Of a stretch of DNA of 64,000 nt, positions 37,056 to 46,663 are shown piece by piece. Below the pieces are notes generated by a model. That model was not told the origin of the DNA. It saw only the letters and a list, made by a program, of their open reading frames with translations, and ran no database searches. This DNA is from Chloroflexota bacterium (GTDB taxonomy: Bacteria; Chloroflexota; Chloroflexia; Chloroflexales; Herpetosiphonaceae). A program made the position numbers and the translations under genes. Positions within the stretch are counted from its first letter, which is position 1; every line of letters begins with the position of its first letter. Where the stretch lies: NCBI GenBank assembly GCA_020161265.1, contig JAIUOC010000003.1:171024-235023 (forward strand), given 5' to 3'.

Positions 37056-38042
37056 TTATTGGGCCAGCACCTGGTGGCAAACATTGCAAACCAGTTGTTC
37101 TTTATGCGCCACCAAACTGGCTTGGCGGCCACAGGTTTGGCAATGGGGCAATTGAATCATTGGCTCAAATAAGGGCGAGATCGCAATCAAATGCGGTTGG
37201 TGTTTGCTGCCAATATGCAGCACTGGCGTTTGAATTGTGGCTACGCTGACAGTTTCGGCAGCCAACGACAAGGCATAGCGATATTCTTGCTCGTCGAGTA
37301 GGCGTTTACGCTCTTCTTCGAGGGCATATTGCTTGTTCGATTCGCCCTCTTTGGCTCCGAGCGCTAGGCCCGAATCTTCTTCGAGCGCATCGTAGAAGGC
37401 ATTGATCCGCGCTTTTTCAACTGCTAGCAATTGGGCCAGTTGGGCTTCGTGCAGGGCTTTTTGGGGGTAGAGCAAGCGCTCAAGCCAGCGGCGGGCATGG
37501 TGCAAGGCCACATTCACATGCTCATCGGTCAAGCCAGTCGAGGGCAACGGCGTGAGCTGATCGCGTAAATTGGTAATGTCGGTGATGGTTGGCCAAACCT
37601 GGCCAGTTTCATAATCGACACAACAGGCCACCATTTTTTCCTCAATCACCTCGCGTTCAAAGCGAATACGAAAGGTAATTCGCAACACAATGTGCTGTTG
37701 CAACCCGCTCAGTTGCAAGTTTGGGCCTTGAATTAATTGAGCTTCCTGCACATCGGCCAGCAATGCCGCTTGATCGGGATACCATTCCAAGCGAGCGCGA
37801 TGAGTTGGCCGCCCACGTGAGCGCAGTTGTTCGGCTAAACGCAAGGTCAACGATGAGTTGGGCGAAAGTAATTGAAGATCAGGGTCGAGCGCCGCCACCT
37901 GCTTATCGGTTGTTACCAAAACCGTTTCTTTACCAAAAACTCGCGCCAAACTACCAGGAATAGTTAGTGTCCAAGTGGTTGGGCTGGTTTGTTCAACCCC
38001 AATATGTAAATCCGCCGCTGCTCGGCGCAAAAAATCTTCCAT
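37056..38042 (-). CDS. Hypothetical protein with C-terminal CxxC-X13-CxxC zinc ribbon
   Basis: LPHCQTCGRQASLVAHKEQLVCNVCH at the C-terminus; an acidic coiled-coil middle region. Confidence 0.5.
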   Translation of the reverse strand: MEDFLRRAAADLHIGVEQTSPTTWTLTIPGSLARVFGKETVLVTTDKQVAALDPDLQLLSPNSSLTLRLAEQLRSRGRPTHRARLEWYPDQAALLADVQEAQLIQGPNLQLSGLQQHIVLRITFRIRFEREVIEEKMVACCVDYETGQVWPTITDITNLRDQLTPLPSTGLTDEHVNVALHHARRWLERLLYPQKALHEAQLAQLLAVEKARINAFYDALEEDSGLALGAKEGESNKQYALEEERKRLLDEQEYRYALSLAAETVSVATIQTPVLHIGSKHQPHLIAISPLFEPMIQLPHCQTCGRQASLVAHKEQLVCNVCHQVLAQ

Positions 38043-38155
38043 AAACTTCCATTCAGCGTATTGGGCAATCTATCAGCATCATGCTATTTTACCATGCCCA
38101 AAAGTTTGCTATACTTGCCTTCAACCTTAATATCTTTTACCTGTGTGGGGAGCCT

Positions 38156-40405
38156 ATGCGTCTGATCAAACCATTCATCCTCCTAATGGTGTTAGCAGGC
38201 TTTTGTCTGCCAAGCGCCTCCGCCAACACTCCCGACCGTCTCGCAAGCAAAGCCGATTCAGCCCTGCTGGCAAAGCTGAATGCTGGCCAACAAGTACCAA
38301 CGCTGGTGCTTTTGCAAGCCCAAGTTGATACCAACTTTGCTGATCGTTTGGCAAGCAAAGAGGCCAAAGGCGCTGCGGTCGTTGCTGCTCTTCGCCAACA
38401 AGCCCAACGCGATCAAACCCCGTTGCTCGCTGAACTCAGCAACCGCGGGATTCAATCCGAGGGTTTTCTCTCGGTTAACGCCTTGTATGCGACGCTTGAT
38501 TTAGCCAGTGCCCAATGGCTGGCCGAACAAGCCAGCGTCAAGCAATTGATCGAAGATTCAATTGTGGTCACGGTCGAAAAACCAGCTGCCGAAACCAATC
38601 CAGCACCCCAAGCAGTCAATACCACGACCTGGGGGGTTAACTATGTCAAAGCGCCCGAAGTGTGGGCTAAAGGCATTACTGGCCAAGGGATTGTGATTGC
38701 TGGCGAAGATACTGGGGTGCGCTGGACTCACGCTGCTTTGAAAAATAAGTATCGCGGTTGGGATGGTACAACTGCCAGCCACGATTACAACTGGTACGAC
38801 GGTATTCGTACCTCATTAGGCGGAACTAACCCCTGTGGGATTGCGATTAACGCACCTTGTGATGATCACTCGCACGGAACTCACACGGTTGGTACGGTGG
38901 TTGGCGATAACGGCACAGGTGAACAAATTGGGGTTGCGCCTGGCGCAAAATGGATCGCCTGCCGTAATATGGATGCTGGCAACGGTACGCCTGCAACCTA
39001 CATTCGCTGTATCGACTGGATGCTGGCTCCATTCCCTGCTGCTGGTACGAGTGCTCAAGGTGACCCCAGCAAAGCACCCCACGTTATCAACAACTCATGG
39101 GGCTGTCTAGCATCAGAAGGCTGTACCAATACTCCTTCTGATGGCATTCAAACCTCAGTTCAAAATGTGACCAATGCAGGGATTATGTTTGTCGCCTCGG
39201 CAGGGAACGATGGTAGCAGTTGTGCCACTATCACCACGCCAGTCGCGATCTATCCTGAAAGCTTTGTGGTTGGCTCACATACCTCAACTGGGGCAATTTC
39301 TGGGTTTAGCAGCCGTGGCCCAGCTACCAATAATGGTGCCAGCCGGATTGGCCCTGATATTGCTGCGCCTGGCTCATCTGTGCGTTCGGCCATCAATGGC
39401 AGTGATAGTGACTATGGTTCAAGTTCGGGCACGAGTATGGCTAGCCCGCATGTGGTTGGGGTTGTAGCCTTGTTGTGGTCGGCTCGCCCAGAACTGCAGG
39501 GCCAAGTTGATCTGACTCGCGCGATCTTGCAAGAAACCGCTACTGCTGCGCCTTCAACCCAAACTTGTGGTGGCGTTGCTGGCACAAGCATTCCAAACAA
39601 TACCTTTGGTCATGGCTATGTCAATGCCCTGAATGCGATTGCTCCAACCTTGCAAGGCAGCATCACGGTTAATGGCACGGCAGCAACCTCAGCGACAATT
39701 CGCTTGGAAAATAGCGTTGGCGTGGTTGAATTTGGCAAAACCACTGGTGTCTATAGCACTAGCTTGCCAGCAGGCCTTTACAGCGCAACCGTCACTGTGC
39801 CAAATGAAACACCGATTACTCGCCAAGTAACAATTGTCAAAGGCCAAGTTGCCACCGAAAACTTTGAATTTGGCGATGTGACTGGTACTGTTAGCGGTCA
39901 TGCAACGCTCAATGGCACTGCTCGCGCTGGTGTTAGCATTACCGCCAACCCCGGTAACTTCACCACCGAAACCAACGCTAACGGCGATTATAACTTAGCC
40001 TTAGCCCCGGGAACCTATACGATTTCTAGCGAATTTATGGCCTTGGAAACCCAAGTGGCAACGGTCACGGTGGTTCTCAATCAGACCGTCATCCAAGATT
40101 TTGATTTCGCGACCACTCAAACCGTCAATATTCAAAACTTCCGGTTTAGCCCTAGCCCAATTACGGTTACCTTGGGAACGAGCGTCTTGTGGCGTAACCT
40201 TGATGCTTCAACCCACACCACGACTCGTAGCCAAACACCGTTCATTTGGGATTCAGACAACCTCAGCCAGAACCAAGATTATGCAGTAACCTTCGATCAA
40301 GTTGGTACCTTCAGCTATGTTTGTAGCTTGCATGGCAGTATGCAAGGCATAGTTGTGGTAACGCCACCACAGCAAAAAACCTATCTGCCGTGGACAACTA
40401 AATAA
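38156..40405 (+). CDS. Secreted subtilisin-like serine protease (S8) with C-terminal beta-sandwich domains and a terminal amicyanin-like type-1 copper (cupredoxin) domain
   Basis: Signal peptide MRLIKPFILLMVLAGFCLPSASA with a GGGGAG RBS. Catalytic D (GEDTGV), H (HGTHTVGT) and S (GTSMASPHV). The last 90 aa are NLDASTHTT...YVCSLHGSMQGIVVV, with H and C-x2-H-x2-M ligands as in amicyanin. Confidence 0.75.
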   Translation: MRLIKPFILLMVLAGFCLPSASANTPDRLASKADSALLAKLNAGQQVPTLVLLQAQVDTNFADRLASKEAKGAAVVAALRQQAQRDQTPLLAELSNRGIQSEGFLSVNALYATLDLASAQWLAEQASVKQLIEDSIVVTVEKPAAETNPAPQAVNTTTWGVNYVKAPEVWAKGITGQGIVIAGEDTGVRWTHAALKNKYRGWDGTTASHDYNWYDGIRTSLGGTNPCGIAINAPCDDHSHGTHTVGTVVGDNGTGEQIGVAPGAKWIACRNMDAGNGTPATYIRCIDWMLAPFPAAGTSAQGDPSKAPHVINNSWGCLASEGCTNTPSDGIQTSVQNVTNAGIMFVASAGNDGSSCATITTPVAIYPESFVVGSHTSTGAISGFSSRGPATNNGASRIGPDIAAPGSSVRSAINGSDSDYGSSSGTSMASPHVVGVVALLWSARPELQGQVDLTRAILQETATAAPSTQTCGGVAGTSIPNNTFGHGYVNALNAIAPTLQGSITVNGTAATSATIRLENSVGVVEFGKTTGVYSTSLPAGLYSATVTVPNETPITRQVTIVKGQVATENFEFGDVTGTVSGHATLNGTARAGVSITANPGNFTTETNANGDYNLALAPGTYTISSEFMALETQVATVTVVLNQTVIQDFDFATTQTVNIQNFRFSPSPITVTLGTSVLWRNLDASTHTTTRSQTPFIWDSDNLSQNQDYAVTFDQVGTFSYVCSLHGSMQGIVVVTPPQQKTYLPWTTK

Positions 40406-40428
40406 CCTATCACCTATTCAATGGTACT

Positions 40429-40466
40429 ATGACACAGTCTGTACAACAGGCTGTGTCATTGTTTTA
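40429..40466 (+). terminator. Rho-independent terminator (atgacacag...ctgtgtcat, then TGTTTT)
   Basis: A 9-bp stem, a 13-nt loop and a T-rich tail directly after the S8 protease gene. Confidence 0.55.
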
Positions 40467-40486
40467 GCTCGCTTTTTGGAAGCCAC

Positions 40487-42394
40487 ATGCAGCAACATTC
40501 TCGATTAAAGCTTGGTTTAGCGTGGCTGAGCTTAATTGGGCTTTATAGCCTGACGCTCACCCAAATTCATACCTTCGATGCCTACTCCTACGCGACGGCG
40601 GTGCAAGCCAAGCCATGGCGTGAATCGTTTCATCCCCATCATTTGTTGTATGGGCCGCTTGGTGAGATTGTTTATTGGCTCAGCCAAGGTTTAGGCTATC
40701 GAGGTATGGCGTTTGGGCCGTTGCAAATGTTGAATGTATTAGCTGGAGCCAGCGGCGTGATCATTTGGTGGCGTTTGCTTCAGCGTTTGACCAACCAGCC
40801 TTGGCTGGCAACCAGCGGCAGTGTGCTGGTTGGCGGAGCCTACGCTTGGTGGTATTACGCAGTTGAAGTCGAGGTCTATACCTTGGCGGGTTTGTTTTTA
40901 ATTATTGCCACTGGTTTATTGATTCGACTCGCCGAAGCTCCCAAAACACTGAGCAATTGGCGCTGGCTTGGGCTAGCCCATAGCGCGGCAATCCTTTTTC
41001 ATCAAACCAATGTCCTTTGGCTTGTGCCGGTGCTGGCGGTTTGGCTGAGCGCTGCGTGGGGCACTACCGCTTGGCAACAACGCTGGCAGGCATTTTTGCA
41101 GTATGCCATGGTTGGGCTGCTGGTGGTTGGTGGCAGCTATGCCATCGTGATGTTTGGCTTGAGTGGCTTCCGCACATGGCCACAAGTGCAACAGTGGCTG
41201 TTTGAATATGCCAATACTGGTTTGTGGGGCACAACCAATGCCAATACGTTTGCCAATTTGCTTAATGGCTGGCAACATACCATCCATGGTTGGTTAGGTG
41301 GCGCGGTGTTACTGGCCAGCCTTGGCCTGATCGCTTGGCGTTGGCGTTTGATGTGGCGACAATCACGAATGTTAGTGGTGTTGGCCGCAACTTGGCTCAT
41401 TACCTATAGCCTCTTTTTTGGCTGGTGGGAGCCAGATAATATTGAATTTTGGATTGCTTGCTTGCCGCCGTGGGCTTTATTGATCACGCTTAGTTTACAT
41501 ACGATCAAGCTGCCGCAGCGCCGTTGGTGGCAGCCCGCCCTAAGTTTGGCCTTAGTTGGAATGAGTCTTAGCAATGGCTGGCAAATTTATGCCAATGGCG
41601 CTGCGGCCAACGATCAAGATCGCCAAATTGTTACTGAATTGGCCAAAACTGGTACGTCCAACGATTTTTATTTCGTGCCGAATGGCTTGCAAGCTTTGTA
41701 TGCCGAATATGAATTTGAGCGCCCAAACAGCTTACCACTCAGCGTTAGCCCTGGCGATTGGCAGCATGGTTGCTTGGAAATTAGCGCTAAAATCGTCGAT
41801 ACCACCAGTGCTGGCTATACGGTTTGGCTTGATCAACAGGCAGTCGAGCCTAGCCCAATTTTGCTCGAACGCTATGGGCTAGAGCAATCAGCAGTTGCCG
41901 CATGTTTTGCCCCATTTTTAGCCCAATCCCAGCCAATTACCCTGACCCATGCGCGTTATCTTAAGCTCGACCCGATTCCTCAAGGCTTGCCTGATTGGCA
42001 CTGGCAGAATTGGAGTTTGGGCTGGCGCGAGAATTTTATTACTGCTAGCACTTGGGGCGCTGGCTGGACATTTATCCCACAGCAAGACCCACATTTGCTT
42101 AGCCCACGGATTAATCTGGCGAGCAGTCAATGGCGTAGCCTAGAAATTACTATGGCCAGCACCTTGCCAAATCAACATGGCCAACTGTATTGGATGGCTC
42201 CAGGCGAGGGTGCAACCGAAGATCATTCGATCTCATGGGATGTGATTGGTGATGGAGCGCTGCATACCTACACCCTTGATCTTAGCCAAATCCCAACTTG
42301 GCAAGGCCCAATCGGCATGCTGCGGCTTGATCCGGTTGTGGCGGGTGCTGAGCAGCAAACCGTCACGATTCAGCGCCTACGCCTGCTGCCCTAA
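40487..42394 (+). CDS. Polytopic membrane protein (GT-C-fold glycosyltransferase-like N-terminal domain, large extracytoplasmic C-terminal domain)
   Basis: About 10 TM helices in the first 340 aa with aromatic-rich loops, then a soluble domain of about 290 aa. The family assignment is tentative. Confidence 0.4.
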   Translation: MQQHSRLKLGLAWLSLIGLYSLTLTQIHTFDAYSYATAVQAKPWRESFHPHHLLYGPLGEIVYWLSQGLGYRGMAFGPLQMLNVLAGASGVIIWWRLLQRLTNQPWLATSGSVLVGGAYAWWYYAVEVEVYTLAGLFLIIATGLLIRLAEAPKTLSNWRWLGLAHSAAILFHQTNVLWLVPVLAVWLSAAWGTTAWQQRWQAFLQYAMVGLLVVGGSYAIVMFGLSGFRTWPQVQQWLFEYANTGLWGTTNANTFANLLNGWQHTIHGWLGGAVLLASLGLIAWRWRLMWRQSRMLVVLAATWLITYSLFFGWWEPDNIEFWIACLPPWALLITLSLHTIKLPQRRWWQPALSLALVGMSLSNGWQIYANGAAANDQDRQIVTELAKTGTSNDFYFVPNGLQALYAEYEFERPNSLPLSVSPGDWQHGCLEISAKIVDTTSAGYTVWLDQQAVEPSPILLERYGLEQSAVAACFAPFLAQSQPITLTHARYLKLDPIPQGLPDWHWQNWSLGWRENFITASTWGAGWTFIPQQDPHLLSPRINLASSQWRSLEITMASTLPNQHGQLYWMAPGEGATEDHSISWDVIGDGALHTYTLDLSQIPTWQGPIGMLRLDPVVAGAEQQTVTIQRLRLLP

Positions 42395-42456
42395 GTTGCT
42401 TAGCGAGTGTGTTAAAATAAACTGAATTTTTTGCATGCTATGGCGAGGAACTAGCG

Positions 42457-42735
42457 ATGATCACCGCATTTGTGCATATTCAAACTGAACCAAGCGCTGC
42501 CAACGGCGTAGCGGCGGGATTAACCGCGATTGAAGGTGTGGCTGAAGTCTATTCGGTCACTGGCGAATGGGATATTATCGCGATTGTGCGCTTGGCCGAT
42601 TATGATCAGCTCGCCAAAACTGTGCCCGACCAAATTGGCAGCCTCAAAGGCATTGTGCGCACCTCAACCGTTTTGGCTTTTCGCTCGTTTACCAAAGAAG
42701 AAATCGCCGCCACGTGGGATATTGGCTTATCATAG
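42457..42735 (+). CDS. Stand-alone Lrp/AsnC ligand-binding (RAM) domain protein
   Basis: 92 aa, MITAFVHIQTEP...VAEVYSVTGEWDIIAIVRLADYDQLAKTV..., a ferredoxin-like AsnC_trans_reg pattern with no HTH. Confidence 0.7.
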   Translation: MITAFVHIQTEPSAANGVAAGLTAIEGVAEVYSVTGEWDIIAIVRLADYDQLAKTVPDQIGSLKGIVRTSTVLAFRSFTKEEIAATWDIGLS

Positions 42736-42747
42736 AAGGAACTAACG

Positions 42748-42903
42748 ATGAATCGTACACTGGTGCAAATTATTTTGGCTATTCTGGCCTTGTTGTTTGT
42801 TGGCATGCTGTTTAAGGGTCTTTTCAAGCTCTTAATTATTGGCTTCATTATTTATTTGGGCTTTACGGCATTTCGGTTACTCGGCAAACAGCGGGCAGGA
42901 TAA
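42748..42903 (+). CDS. Small hydrophobic peptide (51 aa, two predicted TM helices); absent from the ORF track
   Basis: MNRTLVQIILAILALLFVGMLFKGLFKLLIIGFIIYLGFTAFRLLGKQRAG. RBS GAAGGAA 6 nt upstream, in a context that mirrors the preceding gene's start (gaggaactagcgATG versus aaggaactaacgATG). Confidence 0.5.
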   Translation: MNRTLVQIILAILALLFVGMLFKGLFKLLIIGFIIYLGFTAFRLLGKQRAG

Positions 42904-42907
42904 AGCG

Positions 42908-43387
42908 ATGTCGCAAGCCTTAGCCCAAGCTGTGATTTCCGCCCTTGCGCAACGCCAATGGACGCTGGCGACCGCTGAATCGTGTACTGGCGGCTTGGTG
43001 GGCGATTGGCTGACCAATATTGCTGGTAGCTCAGTTGTCTATTTGGGCGGCATTATTGCCTATGCCAATAGCGCGAAGGAAACGTTGCTGCAGGTGCCAA
43101 CATCAACTTTGGCGACCGTTGGCGCGGTGAGTGCTGAAACTGCCTTGGCCATGGCGCAAGGAACGGCTCAAGCACTCGGCGCGACGGTTGGACTAAGCAC
43201 GACTGGCATTGCTGGCCCAGGCGGCGGTAGCCCTGAAAAGCCAGTCGGCTTAGTCTATTTGGGTTTGTACTTGCCCAATCAAGGCTTGGTCGAGCAGCAT
43301 ATTTGGCCCTACGATCGTTTGGGCAACAAACAAGCTTCGGCTAAACGGGCGCTCGAATGGCTGCTCGAACAACTTGGCTCAGCCTAA
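42908..43387 (+). CDS. CinA C-terminal domain protein / nicotinamide-nucleotide amidohydrolase PncC
   Basis: LATAESCTGGLVGDWLTNIAGSS and GIAGPGGGS motifs. Confidence 0.8.
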   Translation: MSQALAQAVISALAQRQWTLATAESCTGGLVGDWLTNIAGSSVVYLGGIIAYANSAKETLLQVPTSTLATVGAVSAETALAMAQGTAQALGATVGLSTTGIAGPGGGSPEKPVGLVYLGLYLPNQGLVEQHIWPYDRLGNKQASAKRALEWLLEQLGSA

Positions 43388-43771
43388 TTTCGGGCAATCG
43401 GCAGGAAATTGTTGGCAATGGGGTGTATCGCCTGGGATGCGATGGCGATATTTGACCACCAACTTGTAGACGCTATCCTGAATGTGGCGAATACCCCAAA
43501 GTTGATAAAAGCCTAAGGCCAAACGCTTGCCCGTGGCGATGCTCAGGGCTGCATTAACCGCACCTGCCCCACGCCATAATTTACCATCGCTGGTTTGCAG
43601 CCATGCCGCCTGCTCACATTGAGCGTAGGTCAAGCCAACCGATTCGGGCACGCCAGGTTTTTGAAATGGCTCAATCCGAATTCGTTGTTGACGATCGAGG
43701 TGTTTGATCCAACGGGCGGCGCGTGTGCAAAAATCGCAGGTTCCATCAAAAATTAACAAGGCTTGCGACAT
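43379..43771 (-). CDS. Thiol-disulfide oxidoreductase, DCC family (DUF393)
   Basis: LIFDGTCDFCTRAARW (DGxCxxC) at the N-terminus; 130 aa. Confidence 0.75.
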   Translation of the reverse strand: MSQALLIFDGTCDFCTRAARWIKHLDRQQRIRIEPFQKPGVPESVGLTYAQCEQAAWLQTSDGKLWRGAGAVNAALSIATGKRLALGFYQLWGIRHIQDSVYKLVVKYRHRIPGDTPHCQQFPADCPKLG

Positions 43772-43783
43772 AGGAGTCTCCTA

Positions 43784-44560
43784 ATGGCTTTTCGCTCGTT
43801 CTGGGGGCGGCGCTGGCATGCCTGGACACCCAATCGGGCCGAAATTCAGCCGATTGAGGCTGGCGTGCGGCTCACCCTGCATCAGCATGATCGCATGGTT
43901 TATAGCGATGCGCAATTGGATGATTATGTTGAAAACGGTTTGGGCTGGCATGCTCCAGTACGTTTGCAGCTCGAAGCGCGATTTTTAGGCGATCCTCAGG
44001 ATTTTGTGGGTACGGCAGGCTTTGGTTGGTGGAATGATCCGGCTGGCACAGGCCTGCGGCGTTTGCGCCTACCCCAAGCCTTGTGGTTTTTTTATGCGAG
44101 CGCCGCCAGCCAACTTGAATTAACTGCCAACGGCGTGAGCAATGGTTGGCTAGCAATGAGCTTTGTACCGCGCTTGGGCTGGTGTTTGAGCTTGTTAACG
44201 CTCGCTCCCTTGGCCTTGGTGCTGAGCCAAAACACGTGGTTACGCCAACGCTGTTGCTTGCCATTGTTGCAACTGGCCTTGGGCGTGCGCAGCCAGCCAA
44301 TCAAACTCAGTTGGAATACGTGGCAGCAGTATCAAATCGACTGGTACGCTGATCGGGTGGAATTTTGGCTTGATCAGCAATTAGTGCTCCAAACCGCCAA
44401 CGCGCCAACCAGCGATTTGGGTTTGATTCTATGGCTCGATAACCAATATGCCCAAGTTTCGCCCCGTGGAATTGTTCATAATGGTATACTTAATCATCAA
44501 AATCAAGGCTTAGAAATTCGGCATTTAATAATTTCTGACCTAACATCACCTGCACACTAG
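43784..44560 (+). CDS. Hypothetical protein (W-rich, possible beta-sandwich/lectin-like)
   Basis: ORF with GGAG 7 nt upstream of ATG 43784; no recognisable motif. Confidence 0.5.
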   Translation: MAFRSFWGRRWHAWTPNRAEIQPIEAGVRLTLHQHDRMVYSDAQLDDYVENGLGWHAPVRLQLEARFLGDPQDFVGTAGFGWWNDPAGTGLRRLRLPQALWFFYASAASQLELTANGVSNGWLAMSFVPRLGWCLSLLTLAPLALVLSQNTWLRQRCCLPLLQLALGVRSQPIKLSWNTWQQYQIDWYADRVEFWLDQQLVLQTANAPTSDLGLILWLDNQYAQVSPRGIVHNGILNHQNQGLEIRHLIISDLTSPAH

Positions 44561-44565
44561 CATGC

Positions 44566-44593
44566 TTGACAGCCTCAGGTGGACTTTTACAAT
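44566..44593 (+). promoter_or_regulatory. Near-consensus sigma70 promoter (TTGACA-N16-TACAAT)
   Basis: ttgaca 44566-44571, tacaat 44588-44593. 35 bp upstream of ATG 44629 with an intervening GGAGGA. Confidence 0.5.
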
Positions 44594-44628
44594 AGCCAGA
44601 TAGTGTTGTTGCACCTGGAGGAACCACA

Positions 44629-46410
44629 ATGAGGTCTTTTCGTTGGAGTTTACTAGCATTTCTAGTAGGCAGTGGTTGGTATTCTGCCCAAGCTCACACA
44701 AGCAGTCTTATTCCAACCAATCAGATTCAAGTTACCACGACGGTTGATGATACTAACCCCAGCAACCAAACCTGTTCACTACGCGAGGCAATTTTAGCGG
44801 CGACCAGCGATCAAGCGGTGGATGCCTGTACTGCTGGCGATGGCGCTGATCAGATTTTGCTGCCCGCTGGAGTCTATCGGTTAACCCAAACTGGCCGTGA
44901 CGACGATCAAGGCCTAACTGGCGATTTGGATCTGCGCGGATCGGTACAAATTACGGGAGTGAGTTCAGCGACCACAATCATCGATGGCAACGTGACTGAT
45001 CGCGTGTTGGATCTGCACGAAGGCCGATTGACCTTAGAGCATGTGGAAGTTCGCAATGGCTATATTTTGAATAATGATGATACAGCAACCTACTATGGGC
45101 ATGGTATTTTTCAACGCGATGGTAATTTAACCCTCAATCATGTTCGTGTGATTCACAATGGCATTATTACCTCGCCAATTTTATATGGTCTCGCCAATTA
45201 TGGTGGTGGGGTGGCCAGTTTGGCGGGCACGCTCAACATTCAAAACAGCTTTTTCAACGATAACGAGGTGCGCACCATTTTTATGGGTGGGGTTGGCATT
45301 GGCGGCGGTCTCTACATCAAACAAAGCACTGTCAACATTGCTCATACAATTTTTGAGGCCGATACGGCGGGCACAGGTATGGCGATAGCTAACGATGGCG
45401 GCAATTTAACCCTCAGCCAGAGCCAGATTCGTTTGGCAATTGGTCAAGGTGAGCAAGGCGCGGCAGTCGATACAATCAAAGGCATGACCCTGATCGAAGC
45501 TAGCGAATTTCAGCAAAATCAGCCACGCGCGGTCAAAATTAATCAAGGGGCTGAGGCCGAAATTATCAACAGCCTGTTTGGACAAAATGGTGGGGTTGGT
45601 AATTTTTATTGCGCTAGTGGTGGCGCAGTCGCTAATGCTGGGCGCGTGTTGATCAGCGATTCACGTTTTATTGAAAATTATGCCGATCAAGGCGGCGCAT
45701 TGCTGCAAAGCCACGGCAATAGCGAAATTTATCGCAGCGAGTTTAGCGCCAATCGTAGTAATGGAGTCAATCGGCTGCGTGAAACCTGCCATGCCTCAGG
45801 GGCAGCGATTAGCCAACAAGCCGGAACAATGCTACTCGATACCAGCACGCTGGCCTTCAACGATAGCCGTGGTTTGGGCGGAGCCTTGGATCAGCGTGGA
45901 GTTACCTCGGTCTTAACGTTGACTAATTCGACCGTGGTTTCAAATACCAATCGTTTTATTGGGGGTATTGGTGGGGCTGGCGTTTCAATCAGCGGCACAT
46001 TGGCATTGAGCAATAGCATGATCGCCAATAATTGGCACACACCCAGCCAAACTGCCAATGATTGTCTTGGTAACCTGACTAGCCATGGCCACAATTTATT
46101 GGAACAACCAACCAGCCAATGTCAATTGCTCAATCCGCAAGCCAGCGATCTGCTTAATCTTGACCCCTTGCTTGGTGAGTTTGCGCTGCATGGTGGCAGT
46201 TCACGCAGTTTTAATTTGACCGCTGCTAGTCCGGCGCTTGATGCTGGGCCTGCCGAATGTGGCTTAGTTGATCAACGGCTCTATCCACGGCCTGTCGATG
46301 GCAATAACGATCAAACCGTGCGTTGCGATATTGGGGCATTTGAGGCTGGCATGATTGCCCAAACCCAGTATTTTAGCTTTTTACCCTTTGCCATGGCTGG
46401 AGTTCGTTAA
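44629..46410 (+). CDS. Secreted right-handed parallel beta-helix repeat protein (CSLREAI-type N-terminal motif)
   Basis: Signal peptide, CSLREAILAA motif, repeated G..I.N(S/T) beta-helix rungs. Confidence 0.6.
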   Translation: MRSFRWSLLAFLVGSGWYSAQAHTSSLIPTNQIQVTTTVDDTNPSNQTCSLREAILAATSDQAVDACTAGDGADQILLPAGVYRLTQTGRDDDQGLTGDLDLRGSVQITGVSSATTIIDGNVTDRVLDLHEGRLTLEHVEVRNGYILNNDDTATYYGHGIFQRDGNLTLNHVRVIHNGIITSPILYGLANYGGGVASLAGTLNIQNSFFNDNEVRTIFMGGVGIGGGLYIKQSTVNIAHTIFEADTAGTGMAIANDGGNLTLSQSQIRLAIGQGEQGAAVDTIKGMTLIEASEFQQNQPRAVKINQGAEAEIINSLFGQNGGVGNFYCASGGAVANAGRVLISDSRFIENYADQGGALLQSHGNSEIYRSEFSANRSNGVNRLRETCHASGAAISQQAGTMLLDTSTLAFNDSRGLGGALDQRGVTSVLTLTNSTVVSNTNRFIGGIGGAGVSISGTLALSNSMIANNWHTPSQTANDCLGNLTSHGHNLLEQPTSQCQLLNPQASDLLNLDPLLGEFALHGGSSRSFNLTAASPALDAGPAECGLVDQRLYPRPVDGNNDQTVRCDIGAFEAGMIAQTQYFSFLPFAMAGVR

Positions 46411-46527
46411 AAGCAAAGCCCCTCGTCCACCGCAATGGGCGAGAGGCTTTTTATTCATCCCGTTCTATTACAAACCAATGATCCTATGGTTCATCAGTGG
46501 GTTTCTGCCCATCACTAATTGCCCTTG

Positions 46528-46596
46528 AGGGGGTGCAGGGGGATTAAAGCCCCCTGCGTCTCCCGCCTTGAGGCGGGACGGAAGGGTGGTGATCAG
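46528..46596. repeat. Twin-hairpin REP-like intergenic element, copy 2
   Basis: gggggtgcagggggattaaagccccctgcgtctcccgccttgaggcgggacggaagggtggtgatcagg; lies between convergent genes. Confidence 0.75.
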
Positions 46597-46663
46597 GAAT
46601 GAATATGTCCAATATTTAGCTAAAAACCTACCCTTGCAAGGAAAAGGTCATAAGGGAACGACT

